Assembly (NCBI GenBank): GCA_905250055.1
Contig: CAJNOF010000042.1
Location: 481,805-545,804 of the forward strand
Source of the DNA: Rotaria sp.
Taxonomy: Eukaryota
DNA: 64,000 bases
Direction of reading: 5' to 3'
Both the position numbers and the translations under genes were made by a program. Of this stretch, positions 25,067 to 37,600 are shown piece after piece. The notes under the pieces were generated by a model. That model did no database searches. It was not told the DNA's origin and saw only the letters and a list, made by a program, of their open reading frames with translations. How positions within the stretch are numbered: position 1 is the stretch's first letter; each line of letters begins with the position of its first letter.

Positions 25067-25855
25067 AAATTAATATGTATTCGAGAATCAAAGATATTCG
25101 GTTAAAAATTGAATAACTCAAGAACAGTGTGTGTTAGCGATTTGTCCTTTTCACCATAGAAAGAGCACGACGAGGGACACTAATCTATATATGATACGAT
25201 AAGATTCAGTAGTGATGAAGGTTAGAACAATATGAACCTTTGAAAAAAATAGCTTGAACTCACAGATCCATAGAATCATTCTTTTCTTCTTTTATATGGA
25301 TTATAATGATGGCCAGCCACCTATCCATAGCACACAATATCCAGCTATCAATTATTTGATAGTCGAAAGCTTGAAGGTCAGCATGAAGAAGTTATGCAGT
25401 CCTTTATTGAAATATTCTAATAATGTGAAATTTCTCTTGAATAATATATACATACAGGTTATCAATTGTTCTAAAGCGAATGACAAGAGTCAATATGGAT
25501 TGAAAAACAATCTAAAATGCGAAATATATCGTATTCGAGCACATCGATAACATTATTATATAATATTTATAGATTAGACTTTTCTGAACGATTATTAAAA
25601 CTGGTTCATATTTTTTTTTTATTATTTTTTATTAAAAGAAGAAAAAAATGATTCCATGGATCCATGATTTCAATCTATTTTTTTCAACGGTTCATATTTT
25701 TCTAACCTTCATCACTATTGAAGCGCATTTTATCTTACATAGACAAGTGTCCCCGACTGTGCTATTTCTATTTTGAAAAGGACAAATCGCTAAGACATAC
25801 TGTTCTTGAGTTATTCAATTTTTGATCGAGTATCTTTAATTTCCGAATAGACATT
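25067..25855. mobile_element. Non-autonomous element with about 150-bp terminal inverted repeats, present in unit A but absent from unit B
   Basis: 25085-25240 (aatcaaagatattcggttaaaaattgaataactcaagaacagtgtgtgttagcgatttgtccttttcaccatagaaagagcacgacgagggacac...) is the imperfect reverse complement of 25700-25850. Unit B reads ...ttctcatgttgaattataaaactagttcatgtattttaat straight through, which marks an empty site. Confidence 0.5.
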
Positions 25856-28148
25856 AGTTCATGTATTTTAATATATTATCGCATTGCTATGCGATTTCCA
25901 ATTCCAATGACTTCAGACAATACACCTAACCAACTTATTCATTTATCTTTTTCAAGTTTTTTTCATATTACTATTAAAATTTCAATTAATTTGTTGTCTG
26001 AATGATTTTTCGATTTTTGTAGTTTAGTTCAAATTCTATTTCCTTGTATTCTCTTTGCTTTTCCATTAAAATATAAATAAGTATTTTTCTGTGGTATCCA
26101 TTCTCGCATTTTAGAAGTAGTTTTAATTCATGTTCAACTAGTGATCTTTGTTTGCAAGCTATTTATTGCTATATGTCTATTTAAAAAACAAAGAAGGTTT
26201 GTTTTTTTTTCATCGAATTATTTTTAGGATATAGAAGATTACATACAGAGAATAATCGTTTCAATATTTTATGAATCTATCTCTGAGTTTTATGTGTTTT
26301 TACTTTAAGATTTTGTCTCAAAAAATAGTCCTTAAAAATTCTTCATAAAAATCTAATGAGAAAAAAAGCTTTTTTCAAAAGTAATTGAAGAACCATATAT
26401 AGTCATTAGTACTATACTATAAAACAATGCATATTCGAAAGTCACAATTTTTTTTACAAAACTCCTTTATTTTCTTTTCATTTAATCAGTTTCAGACAAT
26501 TAGAACATGGTTTAGATCATCAGTACATAAAGAAAGAAATTCTCGTCGAACTTTCTACGAGATATGTAATTACTTCAATTCTCTTGAACATTTTTAATAG
26601 AATTATTTAAAGTATAAAAGACTTGCTATTGATAGATTATTTTTTGAGTGTTTTCTATGTTAACAGCATAGGAAGGCAACGTGAAAAATATAATCATTTT
26701 TATTGATCATTTATTTATCAAACATACAAGGTTTTGAATTAAAAGTATATCTTTGAAAGTTTCATTATGAAGTAAATCAGTCCAATGTCGATATTCTTAT
26801 AATTTTCAATCAACGTTATAACTTTCAATCATACTTATAACCTTGAATCTTATTTAGAAATAGTTCGATGATAGGCATTAATCAATAGAATTTTCAAGAT
26901 TACTCAAAAATTCTAATATAAAACATCGATGTTTAATTATTTTCTAAATGTTTATCATCAAAATGAGCTGAAAAAAATCACAACTTCATTTTTCTAATTA
27001 ATTTCGATAATAATTGATGCAAACCAAAGTAAGTCGATTAAAGCTTTGTTTTTTTATTTATCACAAAGAAAAATTGATTACAATGTATATGTGTTTTGCA
27101 AAAATTTTAATCAATTATAATCGAAATTGATTGAAAGATTCAATCAGCTTTTGATTTTTTTGTTATAATCATTTTTAAATCTAATTATTATCCTAGGCTT
27201 TTTCTTACATGCATTCAGACAAATGAAAACTATTAGTCATATTCATATCTAAATAAGCTGCACTCACAACAAACATTAAGAAGCCACCATCCACTTGTCC
27301 TTTATGAATAATGTAGCAAGTATTTTTCTTTGCCTTTAACTTATAAAGAAACCATGTTGGCATCTTCTCTTCTTTTTAGTTATATGTGATTATACTGATG
27401 GGGAGTGTTAACTAAATTTCCTCATCATATAAATTGAAAATAATTACCATTTAAGATATATAGAAGTAGAGTAGATATTAGTTTCACTTTATAAATACAA
27501 TTCTCAGTTGTTCACTTTTTAAAGATTATCATTAATCATACAACAACAAAAAAAATATTGTGTTACACCTGCACTCACGCTCGATAGAGAAGTACAAGAA
27601 ACGTAACATGTAAATGAATACATGAAAAATCACTCAAAAACTAATCTATAGATAGTAGTGCTTAACATAATGTATGTATTTTAATTTATTCGATCAAATG
27701 TATCAGTTAAACCCATTTAATTAGGAGTTCCGCTTAGTAAAAATCTACTTAGGAAACCGAAAAGTTAATTAAAATAGTTGATAGCCAAAAGTGCAGTTAA
27801 TGATTGTATCTCAATCAATTTTTTGATTGAAAATTTGATTAGTTCTAAATCTAAAGTGATTAGTTAACCAGTTTTAACTTCTACACTGTGGCCCACACAC
27901 ACACTTAGACTTACAAACTCTACATCACATACACAACGATCTTCACATTCCACACTCTCGTCGACGAGAAAAATGACATCTTGCTGTAGTATAGCATTGA
28001 TTTTTGATATGAATCATTTGAGTAGAAAAATACCAACCTTTTCAATCGATACAATATCAACTTTTTTTTTCACTTTATTTGAATGACTCTTCATGCTTGA
28101 TCGATTTCATTTCGAGTCGAAAATGTTTTTTTCTTTGCCGTTTCTGTA

Positions 28149-28155
28149 TAAATGA
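28149..28155 (+). promoter_or_regulatory. TATA box (tgTATAAATga) about 55 nt upstream of paralogue B ATG; the same motif is at 22827-22836 upstream of paralogue A
   Basis: ctgtataaatgataaaaatatcg precedes ...atatagATGACTTCAATGCAG. ctgtataaataatcaaaatacc is conserved in unit A at the same relative position. Confidence 0.4.
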
Positions 28156-28206
28156 TAAAAATATCGACGAACATCAACATAATTTACCGTTTCTCTTCAT
28201 ATATAG

Positions 28207-29219
28207 ATGACTTCAATGCAGACAAGAGAGTCACGTTATTATCCAATCGATGCAGCTCAATCAGTTCCTCCAAGATCCTTGCGTTTTCGTTCTGGACCAC
28301 TACCACATAAGATCGACCTTCGTCCATGGATGTCTCAGATTGAGCAACAAGGCGACATTGGTTCGTGGTATGTACTTTCATGTGTGGTCTATTTCATTCT
28401 TAAAAAAAAAGTTGTTTTGTTTTCTTTTGCAGTAGTGCCAATGCTTTAGCCGGTGTTCTAGAATATTTGATCAAACGTAAATATAATATTGATATGGATG
28501 TATCTCGTTTATTTATCTATTACAATTCTCGACGAATTGATTTTCAACATTCAATATTAACAGATACTGGAGCCACTCTAACAACCAGTGCCAAAGCAGT
28601 ACGTAAATACGGTGCTTGTGATGAAAAATTTTGGCCATATGATATAAGCTTAGTGAATAAACGGCCGACACCAAACGCATATCGAGCAGCACATCGTTTC
28701 ACTGCCAGACCAGTTAAAATTCCAATAAACTTGCCATCAATAAAAGCATCATTGGCTAATGGTCTACCGATTGCGATTAGTATAATTTTGCGCAATTCAG
28801 CAGGTACTGAGGTGAAGAAAAATGAGGGCTATATATCCATTCCCAATCCCTCATGTACAACAATAAGAAATTCGGAATGGTACTCCGTTGTTATTAGTGG
28901 CTATGATGAAAGAACACAGCATTTTCTAGTACGTAATTCCCGGGGCGAACAATGGGTAAGCAGATATAAAACTACATCTAAAATAATTTCAATCATGTTT
29001 CTCTGGGGTCTCAAAGGCTATTTTTATATTCCATATCAGTATCTATCTATACGATCACTCGTTTACATGGATGACAACGCATGGACCATCAAAGATATCC
29101 TTTACCGCACTCAACATTTGCCGACCATGCTTGTTTTACGTTCAGCCAGACACCGTCGACACAGGAAATATCTACACACTGCATATGATTCGCATCAACA
29201 AAGACGAAACGTACACTAA
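28207..29219 (+). CDS. Papain-fold (family C1-like) cysteine peptidase paralogue B, apparently intact; 3 exons, no signal peptide, no propeptide
   Basis: Exon 1 is 28207..28367: MTSMQTRESRYYPIDAAQSVPPRSLRFRSGPLPHKIDLRPWMSQIEQQGDIGS(C), with donor tg|gtatgt in phase 2. Exon 2 begins after ttttgcag at 28433 with t agt gcc and reads C-SANALAGVLEYLIKRKYNIDMDVSRLFIYYNSRR...GYISIPNPSCTTIRNSEWYSVVISGYDERTQHFLVRNSRGEQW|gtaagc. Exon 3 begins after tctcaaag: GYFYIPYQYLSIRSLVYMDDNAWTIKDILYRTQHLPTML...RRNVH*. The residue positions are Q (-6 from Cys), C in GSC, H in HSIVISGY and N in RNSRGEQWG. The H-N spacing is 16, as in papain. Confidence 0.6.
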
Positions 29220-32200
29220 GGTCTGAGGTGTATGAGATTGGGCCGACGAAAGAAGTTCAACCACTATCCAATCGGTTTTTAGTCGAGGTCATGTGCAATG
29301 TATAGACCTAAATAAACTATGAATATTTTGAAAAGAATTCATGCCCTCAGTTGATTGCTACGAAGTTGCTGCACTGTTACGGCATCGTTCTAATAAATAC
29401 TGCGGCCCGTCTCAGGAACACCAGAAAAATTGATTTTCGAGTTTCGACTCGAAATCTTGTCAAGAGACAGACCTTAACAGGAATACTTTATTGTCAAATT
29501 TTCAGATTCTATCACTGTTCCTATCTGAAGATACAACTTTGGTAATAGTGTGTCTTCCACATTACCCATATAAAACACTGTATTCGCTGTTATCATTCAA
29601 GGATAGAAGCAAGTCAAAAGATATGAAACTGCTATAATAAATTATTCTCCTTAAGGTCTCCCTTTTAGTAAAATTTCGAGTCTAAATTTGAGAATCAATT
29701 TTCTGTTGCTCCCCAAGGGAACCATGGCGTTTATTTAAAAAATATTGTTAAAGTACAGTAACTACATAGTAATAAGCTAAAGTCATGAACTCTTTTCCGA
29801 GTATTCAAAGCTCATTTAGGCTTACATAATTTATATGGTCTTGACTGAAAAGCGATTGAACAGCTGCTGGACGTACCTCGTTATTTCTGGGTGTATGTTC
29901 GCGTAGAATGAGGATGTGTGACTATGAGTGTATACCCATAGCACTCACTCATACGCAAAAATCCTAAAGAAAAATTGTAAAGTATAATTGTTCAAAAAAT
30001 AAAAGTTGTGCTTAAAGTGAAATAAAATAATATATTAAATTAAAAAGTTTTGACATCGATCAATATTTCTTAAAAAGTCTAAGATAAAACAATGCAAAAA
30101 AACAATCGCAACAGTTTCTCATGTTGAATTATAAAACTAGTTCATGTATTTTAATAATTTCTCGCACTGTTAAATGATTTACAATTCGAATAACTTCAGA
30201 CGACATGCATCGCTTATTTTGTATGTATATATTATTTTTTCATATGTGAAACATATGTATGTTGTCGGTTACTTTTTTTTATGTTAATTATGATATTTCG
30301 AATAAAAAAGACTTTTTCTAAACTTAGTCCGTAAAGTTCTCTATAAAGTCTTGTGAAAAGAGTTTTATAATTGGAAAATGATTTGTGCTTTCAACAATAT
30401 TATACTTCAAAAAAAATTTGTAGTAAAAGGCACATCGTAGTTTTCTTTTTTATAAAATTTATCGTTTCTCTTCTTCTGACTAAAGATGCTTCAGAGCATT
30501 CTAAAAAGACGTTTTTTATGTTTTTCAAATGTACTCATTCTATAAACAAGATCATTAAAACATGAATGAAGAAAAACATTCAAAAAAAGTGTTCTATTCA
30601 GATAGACTTACAATCTGATAACAAAAGATATTTTGCACAATTCACTGAGTTTCTCTTAGGTTACAAAGGGCTATATTCATTTGTTTTTTTTTGTAATGTG
30701 ATCAAAGAGAAACACAGTATGATAAAAGCTTTAAACAGTATCTTGAAAGTAGACTTCTTGAGAATTTAGCACTGTTGACCAAGCAAGTTTTTCTAGTTAT
30801 TCTTTTAAAAGACTGTCTTGTGACAAATTTTGTAGAGAATTTCAAGAATTATATTTTGAGAAAAGAACTCAAGTCGAAATATCTAAAATTGAGCGAAAGT
30901 CCTTGAATATGCTTTCCTCTTCCCCCATTGTTATATGGTTAATAGCAAGTGTTTTGCAATTTATATATAAAAATATGTTATAGAGTAATGCATGCATGAT
31001 TTAGTCCCTCAACTTTGCTTTTTATTTGTATTATATTAATACATCTGTTTTCAATAGAATAATCGCAAGCTCTGTTTGATTAGAACATCGCCTCAACAGA
31101 TTATTATATCATCATATAAAGATAGATATTCATTTTATCTAACAAATCGTCGTATAAATAAATACTTTAGATATGATACATAATTGCAAAGAAGCAAAAA
31201 AACAAAGAATAAAATACTACAATCGGATTGAATCATTTCAATATAAAATAAAATCTAATGAAAATAAGTCACTAGATGAATATCAAGTTCATCATCTATG
31301 TTGTCTCAATGAGAACAATTAATAATTGAATGTACGTTTCAATTATATTATAGAATCAGCATTCTAACATTAATAATGAAGAAAATCATATTGTGAGTCA
31401 GAAGCAAAACTAATATATCAATAATATTAGAAGTCAGTTTGATTTAATAGATGTTATTATTCATATGTATTACCCATGGCGCATGTCTACTCAGACTATT
31501 AGTACTATATAGCAGTACTCATAAGAACAGGTATGATAACGCTTTCAACTTTCCTGTTTCAGCTATAAACAATTGCAGAGAGTATTTTCTATACAAATTC
31601 GAATGAATTATTAGAAGAAGTGCGAATAAATCGAAAAGAAAGCTATTTCAAAATATTTTTTTACTTATCAAAAAAAAATTTTGCGACGTCATCTATGATA
31701 CAAATTTATCTGATAATTGAGACCGATTTCGATTCTGTAAGTAGTACAGGCAGCTCAAATGTATCAAATATTACACGAAAAAATCGCAAATGTTTTTATG
31801 GTATCAGTTTAAATAAATTTCAAAAATATTCATCTGTTTGATACAATACATTACGAAGTAAGACTTTCAACATATAACACCGGTCTAGTAAACATTACAG
31901 TAATTAATAAAACGACGGTAGTTGCTCAATAGTTATTACATGTGTATATATTATCTCCTTTATTCAAAATGTTGAAAAGAAGAATCATTGACTCCAGAAT
32001 AGAAAAAAGGAACTTGATGATGTTCTTATAACATTAACTATTCTTTAGAAATTATAAACATATGATTGATAGGTGTCAAATAATTGATTAAATAATAGTA
32101 ATGATGTTTTTTTGAGCTATTGTGAAATAACTATCTTAATGATGATTCATAAGTAACTACCTTTTTCTCATAAAATACACCTCTATTCAATGAAAAAATT

Positions 32201-32424
32201 TAGTAGGCAGTACGATAGTTATATTATATGACTCATACTTTTTTTTCTGTTCTCTTTAATAATATACTTTTTTCCAACTCCTTTTCCCCGCTCAATTGAC
32301 GAAAACGTGTTCTTTATTGATAGTAGTTGATGGGAAAAAACCCAGTCATACATATTTTTCTCTCATTTTTTTGTGTGTCTTACATTGGTATTTAAATATA
32401 AAACGGCATACTTCGATTTAAAAG

Positions 32425-32940
32425 ATGACAACAGAAGAATTCTTCGACTTAAATCAACAATTTTCTAAAGATATAATGTATTCGACAATAGAAGAAGAAA
32501 AAGAACGTCAATACATCGAAGATTTTGTAGCTTATCTAAAGAAGGATTTAGAACAGTTCACAGTTGTATCGGCTTCTACTTTAAAGTATATTTTTTTATG
32601 TGCAACTTTTTATTTCTATATTAATATTTATTTTTGAAGTGTCACTCATGATCAACATGTAAACCACGTGTTAAATATTATGACAACAAATAATAATCAA
32701 AAAATACAACAAAATATAGATTATACCAAAAAATTCATAAATCAACAACAATTTGAATTATTCAATAGAAATAATTTGTCAATAAGTTCAAATTCTATTG
32801 ATATGGATATAGATAATAACGATAAAGATTCTGAACAAATATCGTCAAGTGTTGATGCAATAACAAGCATGAAACATACTTTTGATAGTATAAATACAAA
32901 TAATAGTAAGTTATTTTTAAAAACAAGTTCACATTATCTG
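32425..32940 (+). CDS. Possible two-exon 5' part of an unidentified gene (low-complexity N/Q/D-rich protein)
   Basis: ORF 32425 reads MTTEEFFDLNQQFSKDIMYSTIEEEKERQYIEDFVAYLKKDLEQFTVVSASTL with the donor at aa|gtatat. After tttttgaag the sequence VTHDQHVNHVLNIMTTNNNQKIQQNIDYTKKFINQQQFELFNR...TNN runs to |gtaagt at about 32915. AT-rich low-complexity sequence can produce such ORFs by chance. Confidence 0.2.
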
Positions 32941-34606
32941 ATATTTTATGTAATAATTTTAATTAAAATATAAGATGCAACTCAACAGTTGTTGACAACA
33001 GGTATTTATACGTCATTCTTTTTCTTTTACTTTATTTATTCATCCCAAAAAAAAAAAAAACGAAAAACCAATAGTTTTGAGATTAAACATATAACTAGAT
33101 GGCATTGTCATTCATGTATATTTTTGTTATTTAGTTATATAATATAACATTTTAAATATTTTTTTGTTAATCATTTTTTTTTGAAATATACATTTATAGC
33201 CATAATTATTATTTGTCAACGAATACAGTTAGTGAATCTTTATATAATTAATATGTGAAATACAATAAAACTTTTTTTTTTTTTTTACTATTTAGAAAAT
33301 GTTTTTTCCAATGTATGATTAATTGTAATGTATTAATGAATAGAAATCTCTATCACAATTTTAAACGAAGAAAGTTTCTATTGTTTTGTTATCGAATGCA
33401 ATAGTAATTTTATTTAAGAAAAAAAAAATTTGCACAAGGTAACATGTTTGGTCTTGCGTTTAGACTTGTTCAAATCTCCTCTTAAAGATGCATTTGTTAT
33501 CGGATGGCCTCTCTGAAGATATTAGATGTTTTTTCCGGTTTATTTTTGTATTCGGTGACTAGTTTTCCCTATACATTTCTCAGATCTGGTTGCATAGACT
33601 ATGACAGAGATCTTAACAAAGTCCTGGCTTTTCGTTACAGATCATCACAGACGTTATTGATTTATGATCTTAGACCGTACACCAATAACATCTCGTTATA
33701 ATATAGATACACTACTATAATAAACAACAGCAGCTACAATGTGTTTCACATTTTAATTCTATGGATATTACGCTAACAGTTATTTTTTTTATTGGAAAGA
33801 GCATGTTAGACAACAGAGCCCTTTTTTTTCAAAAGTCCTACGTTTAATGTGGAGAAATGGGAGGATAAGTTCATTACTTCGAAAAATAACCATCTATTTA
33901 TATGAGTATCTGTTCGTATAGTATAATTAAAAAGTTTAATTTAAAAAACGAGCACTGTTGATTGAATGCTTTTTCGAACACAAAAAAAAACCGAATGGTA
34001 ACAGTGACGCTTCTTTGAAGATTCTGAGATACGCAAGTAAAAAAGCATATATTTTATGCAGAAATTGATGGGAATCATTTAACATTTTAGAAGAGAACAA
34101 GGTGAAAAATAAAAAAATCGTATCGTTTATGACATATCAAACTTAAAGCTATGTTTTTATGGATTTTCTTAATATCGATTTTTCTAATCGAAAATTAACA
34201 GTTCTTGCAGAAGATGAGAGGTTTCACAGCGAGCTCAAATTATTTTCTTTATCAATATTTCTACTAAGATAAGTTTTGTTTCGATTGGAAATAAGAATTT
34301 TTCCGTTCATGTCTGCCGTTTCCGACTGAAGAACTTGAGAAGCTAGTCGATATTGATCATCAAATTTCTACTTTCAAGTTTTTATCATTTCTTCGAATTT
34401 TTGTTGTTGAAAACAACGTCTTTCCGACAGTAACGGACATTGGTGCAGGAATCATTGATCTATAAAAGTCTATTAAATTTCTATGAAGGATTCTTTTTTG
34501 TTATTAAAATATTATAATTTAGCAAATCTTTATTTGCTTGTGTTATATTTTTTTATTTGTTATGCATCCTTATATGTGATAAAATATTATATATAGGTGA
34601 ACAACA

Positions 34607-37600
34607 AATGACTGCACTCGATTATTGTCGTTGGATGTTGACAAAATTAAATTTGGCTATTACCGCACTAGAACCAGTCTTAGTAAATTTGGGTATTTCT
34701 ACTGAAATTGCCGGTTTGTATTAAAATCAATATAAGTAAATAAAACACTTACGAATTGTATCATATTCATTCTAGATTCTTATTTAAAAACACTTGAAAT
34801 TCCTTCACCTGAAGATATTCATATAACTGCTCAAGAACCATTACAAATATTATCGAATTTGTTTCAAATGTCAATTAATATATTGCCATCTTTTCGTCAA
34901 ATAAACAATGTTGATGATTTTAATAATACAATTCCTATAGGACAAGAATTAAATGAAACACCTGAAAGAACAATTGGAGGTATGTGCTATTTTTTTTTTT
35001 AATTTTTCTTCGCTCTAATCATTGAGTGTATTATTAAATATATAGCACCAAGTGAACAAAATGAATGTCATTTGAATGGAGAAATTCAAGCAATAATACC
35101 ATCGAATTTACCAAGATTTTTTAATTCGAAAGATACTTGTCTAACAATATCTTTATCAGAATTATTATTACAAGCTCAAAAATATGTTCAAGAAATAGAA
35201 TTAGCCGAACTTAAAATATATGAACAACCACAAGAATTTTGGAAAAAACGTTCAATTAATTGTTTAAAAAATAAATGGTGTCCAGCTATTCATGGACGAA
35301 GTGGTAAACAACGACATTATATTGGTATAAAAGTAAGCTTAAAAATTAATTATTTGATCAATCTGTATATATATGTATATATCATTTATAATCTAGTGGT
35401 CAAAATTTATCGATTCTAATCCAAATAATTTATTTGTTTTTGTTCAATTACTTTCATATGATAATCAATCACATTTATCAAAAGTTTTAGTACCACCAGA
35501 AACAACAGTTAAACAAATAAAATCATCAGAAAAAAAACAACAAAGAAATAATAGACGTCAAACACTTAGTGATTTGATTATCAAAGATATATATGGTTTT
35601 GATAGAACAACAAATACAATCCTTTGTCCTATAACTGAAGATGAATATCGTCGATGTCAAAAAAAGTAAAGTATATTTATATGAATAAATTTCATCATAG
35701 ATAAAAAGTTTTCTTTTTCTTTTTCTTTTTTTTTTCTTTAGTTTAAAAGTACTCATGTTCAGTTTATATAAAACAAGTGAAGAAATTGAAAATTTAAATT
35801 CTATACAAGATTTAAATGATAATCAAACAGTAAACAAAGATGAAGATAATGAAATATTTGCAGATGAAGACGAAGATAGTTCTATGGAAAATCAATTACT
35901 TAAATTATGTAAACTTCGTATTCGTCTTTGTCGACGAACAGATGAAAATACATTAGAATATATATCCAATTTCATCGATACTGAATGGATCGAAGAAAGT
36001 AAGTCTTTTATGATATATATATAAGGTGTCTCAGATATGTAAGCTGTAAACGGTACGGATTTTAGACAGATCGGTCCCCCAGTAGACCGATTACTGTCGG
36101 TATGCTTATTTAGTTATTTTACTCGGATTATATCATAGAGAATATGTAATCTAACTTCGTTAATAGTTGATTATGTCATATATTACTATACAATTTTGAT
36201 CGATCGAGTTAATTTTTTTCTCAGTAATTAAGATCTCAACTAGACTAGCTTATGTACAAAATTTTTTCGATATAGTTTCTTCGGATTATGAATTTTTTAA
36301 AAACTCTATATTTCATACAATATCAGTAAAAAAGAATAAGCCTAGTTGTTGAAAAACTCATATCTCTGAGAAAGTACATGAAAAAATTTTTGTATAGAAA
36401 CTGATCTATTTGATATATTGATTTGAAGTTTTATTAAAAATTTACGGTTCATGAGAAGAAAATTTAATATCTCGATAAAATCAATGAATTCTTTCGAAAT
36501 TGTTAGAATTATATATGTCCTTTATACTAAGTAAAATACGCACTGAAAAGTTTTTACTCATTTGGATATTCTTCGAAGGTAGTATTTTTTAATAAAACTG
36601 AAAAAAAGAAGCTTTGTAGTCTTCTTTACCACTAACGAGGGAAGCTCCCCAACTGACGGACGCCGTTCAACTCCGTATTATGGCTACAAGGTAGGTCTCT
36701 ATGAGACTAAGAAAACCTTAAAACGATTCATGCCCATGACCTATCGATGAAGAGTTATGACCGTTTTACTGAATTTTGGACATGCGACAAGGGATTTCCA
36801 AAAAAATCGAATTAAAGAATTTCGACCTGAAAATTTGCCCATAGGTTAGGTCTAATGGTCATTAAAATTGCTTGAAAGTTTCAGCCAAAGCGAATGTTCT
36901 TTTCTCGAGATATTGAATGGTCAAGTAAACTCGGTTTTTGTGACCTGTCTGTGAAAACTGACTATTTTTTGACCATTCAATATCTTGAGAAAGAACATTC
37001 GTTTTGGCTGAAACTTTCAAGCAATTCTAATCACTATGAGACCTAACCTACGGGCAAATTTTCAGGTCGAAATTCTTTAATTCGATTTTTTGGAAATCCC
37101 TTGTCGCATGTCCAAAATTCAATAAAACGGTCATAACTCTTCACCGATAGGCCATGGGCACGAATCCTTTTAAGGTTTTCTTAGCCTCATAGATACCTAC
37201 CTTGTAGCCATAATATGGAGTTGAACGACGTCCGTCAGTTGGGGACCTTCCCTCGTAAGATAATAATTAGCTCGATTAATTAAAGTATAACACAAATATT
37301 CAAATCTTTTTTTTTTGCATCGTGATTTTAGGTATCATCTATACTGATAATACTTTTTTCAAAAACAAAAATTCTAAATTTCGATTTCTTTTACAGGTAA
37401 AGGTAATGAACCATTAGCTATTGATCCATCAAAAGTAACTCCAAAATATCTTTGTAAATGTGGTAATGAAATAATTAAAGTACCATTAAATACGGATAGT
37501 GAAAAAAATGGTAAATAATTCTTTGATATTCATTACTATTTATATTTAATAATAATATTTATTAAGGTTTTGTTGTACGTTTAAATAATGCAGAATTAGA

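Larger units (their letters stand above)
26575..29950 (+). repeat. Tandem segmental duplication, unit B
   Basis: See unit A. It includes the intact C1-like peptidase paralogue B. Confidence 0.7.

Noticed and set aside
33440-33500. tRNA-like T-arm motif 'gttcaaatctcc'
   Set aside because: No acceptor-stem complement, no D-arm and no anticodon-arm structure can be formed from the flanking sequence. I see no convincing tRNA anywhere in the window.
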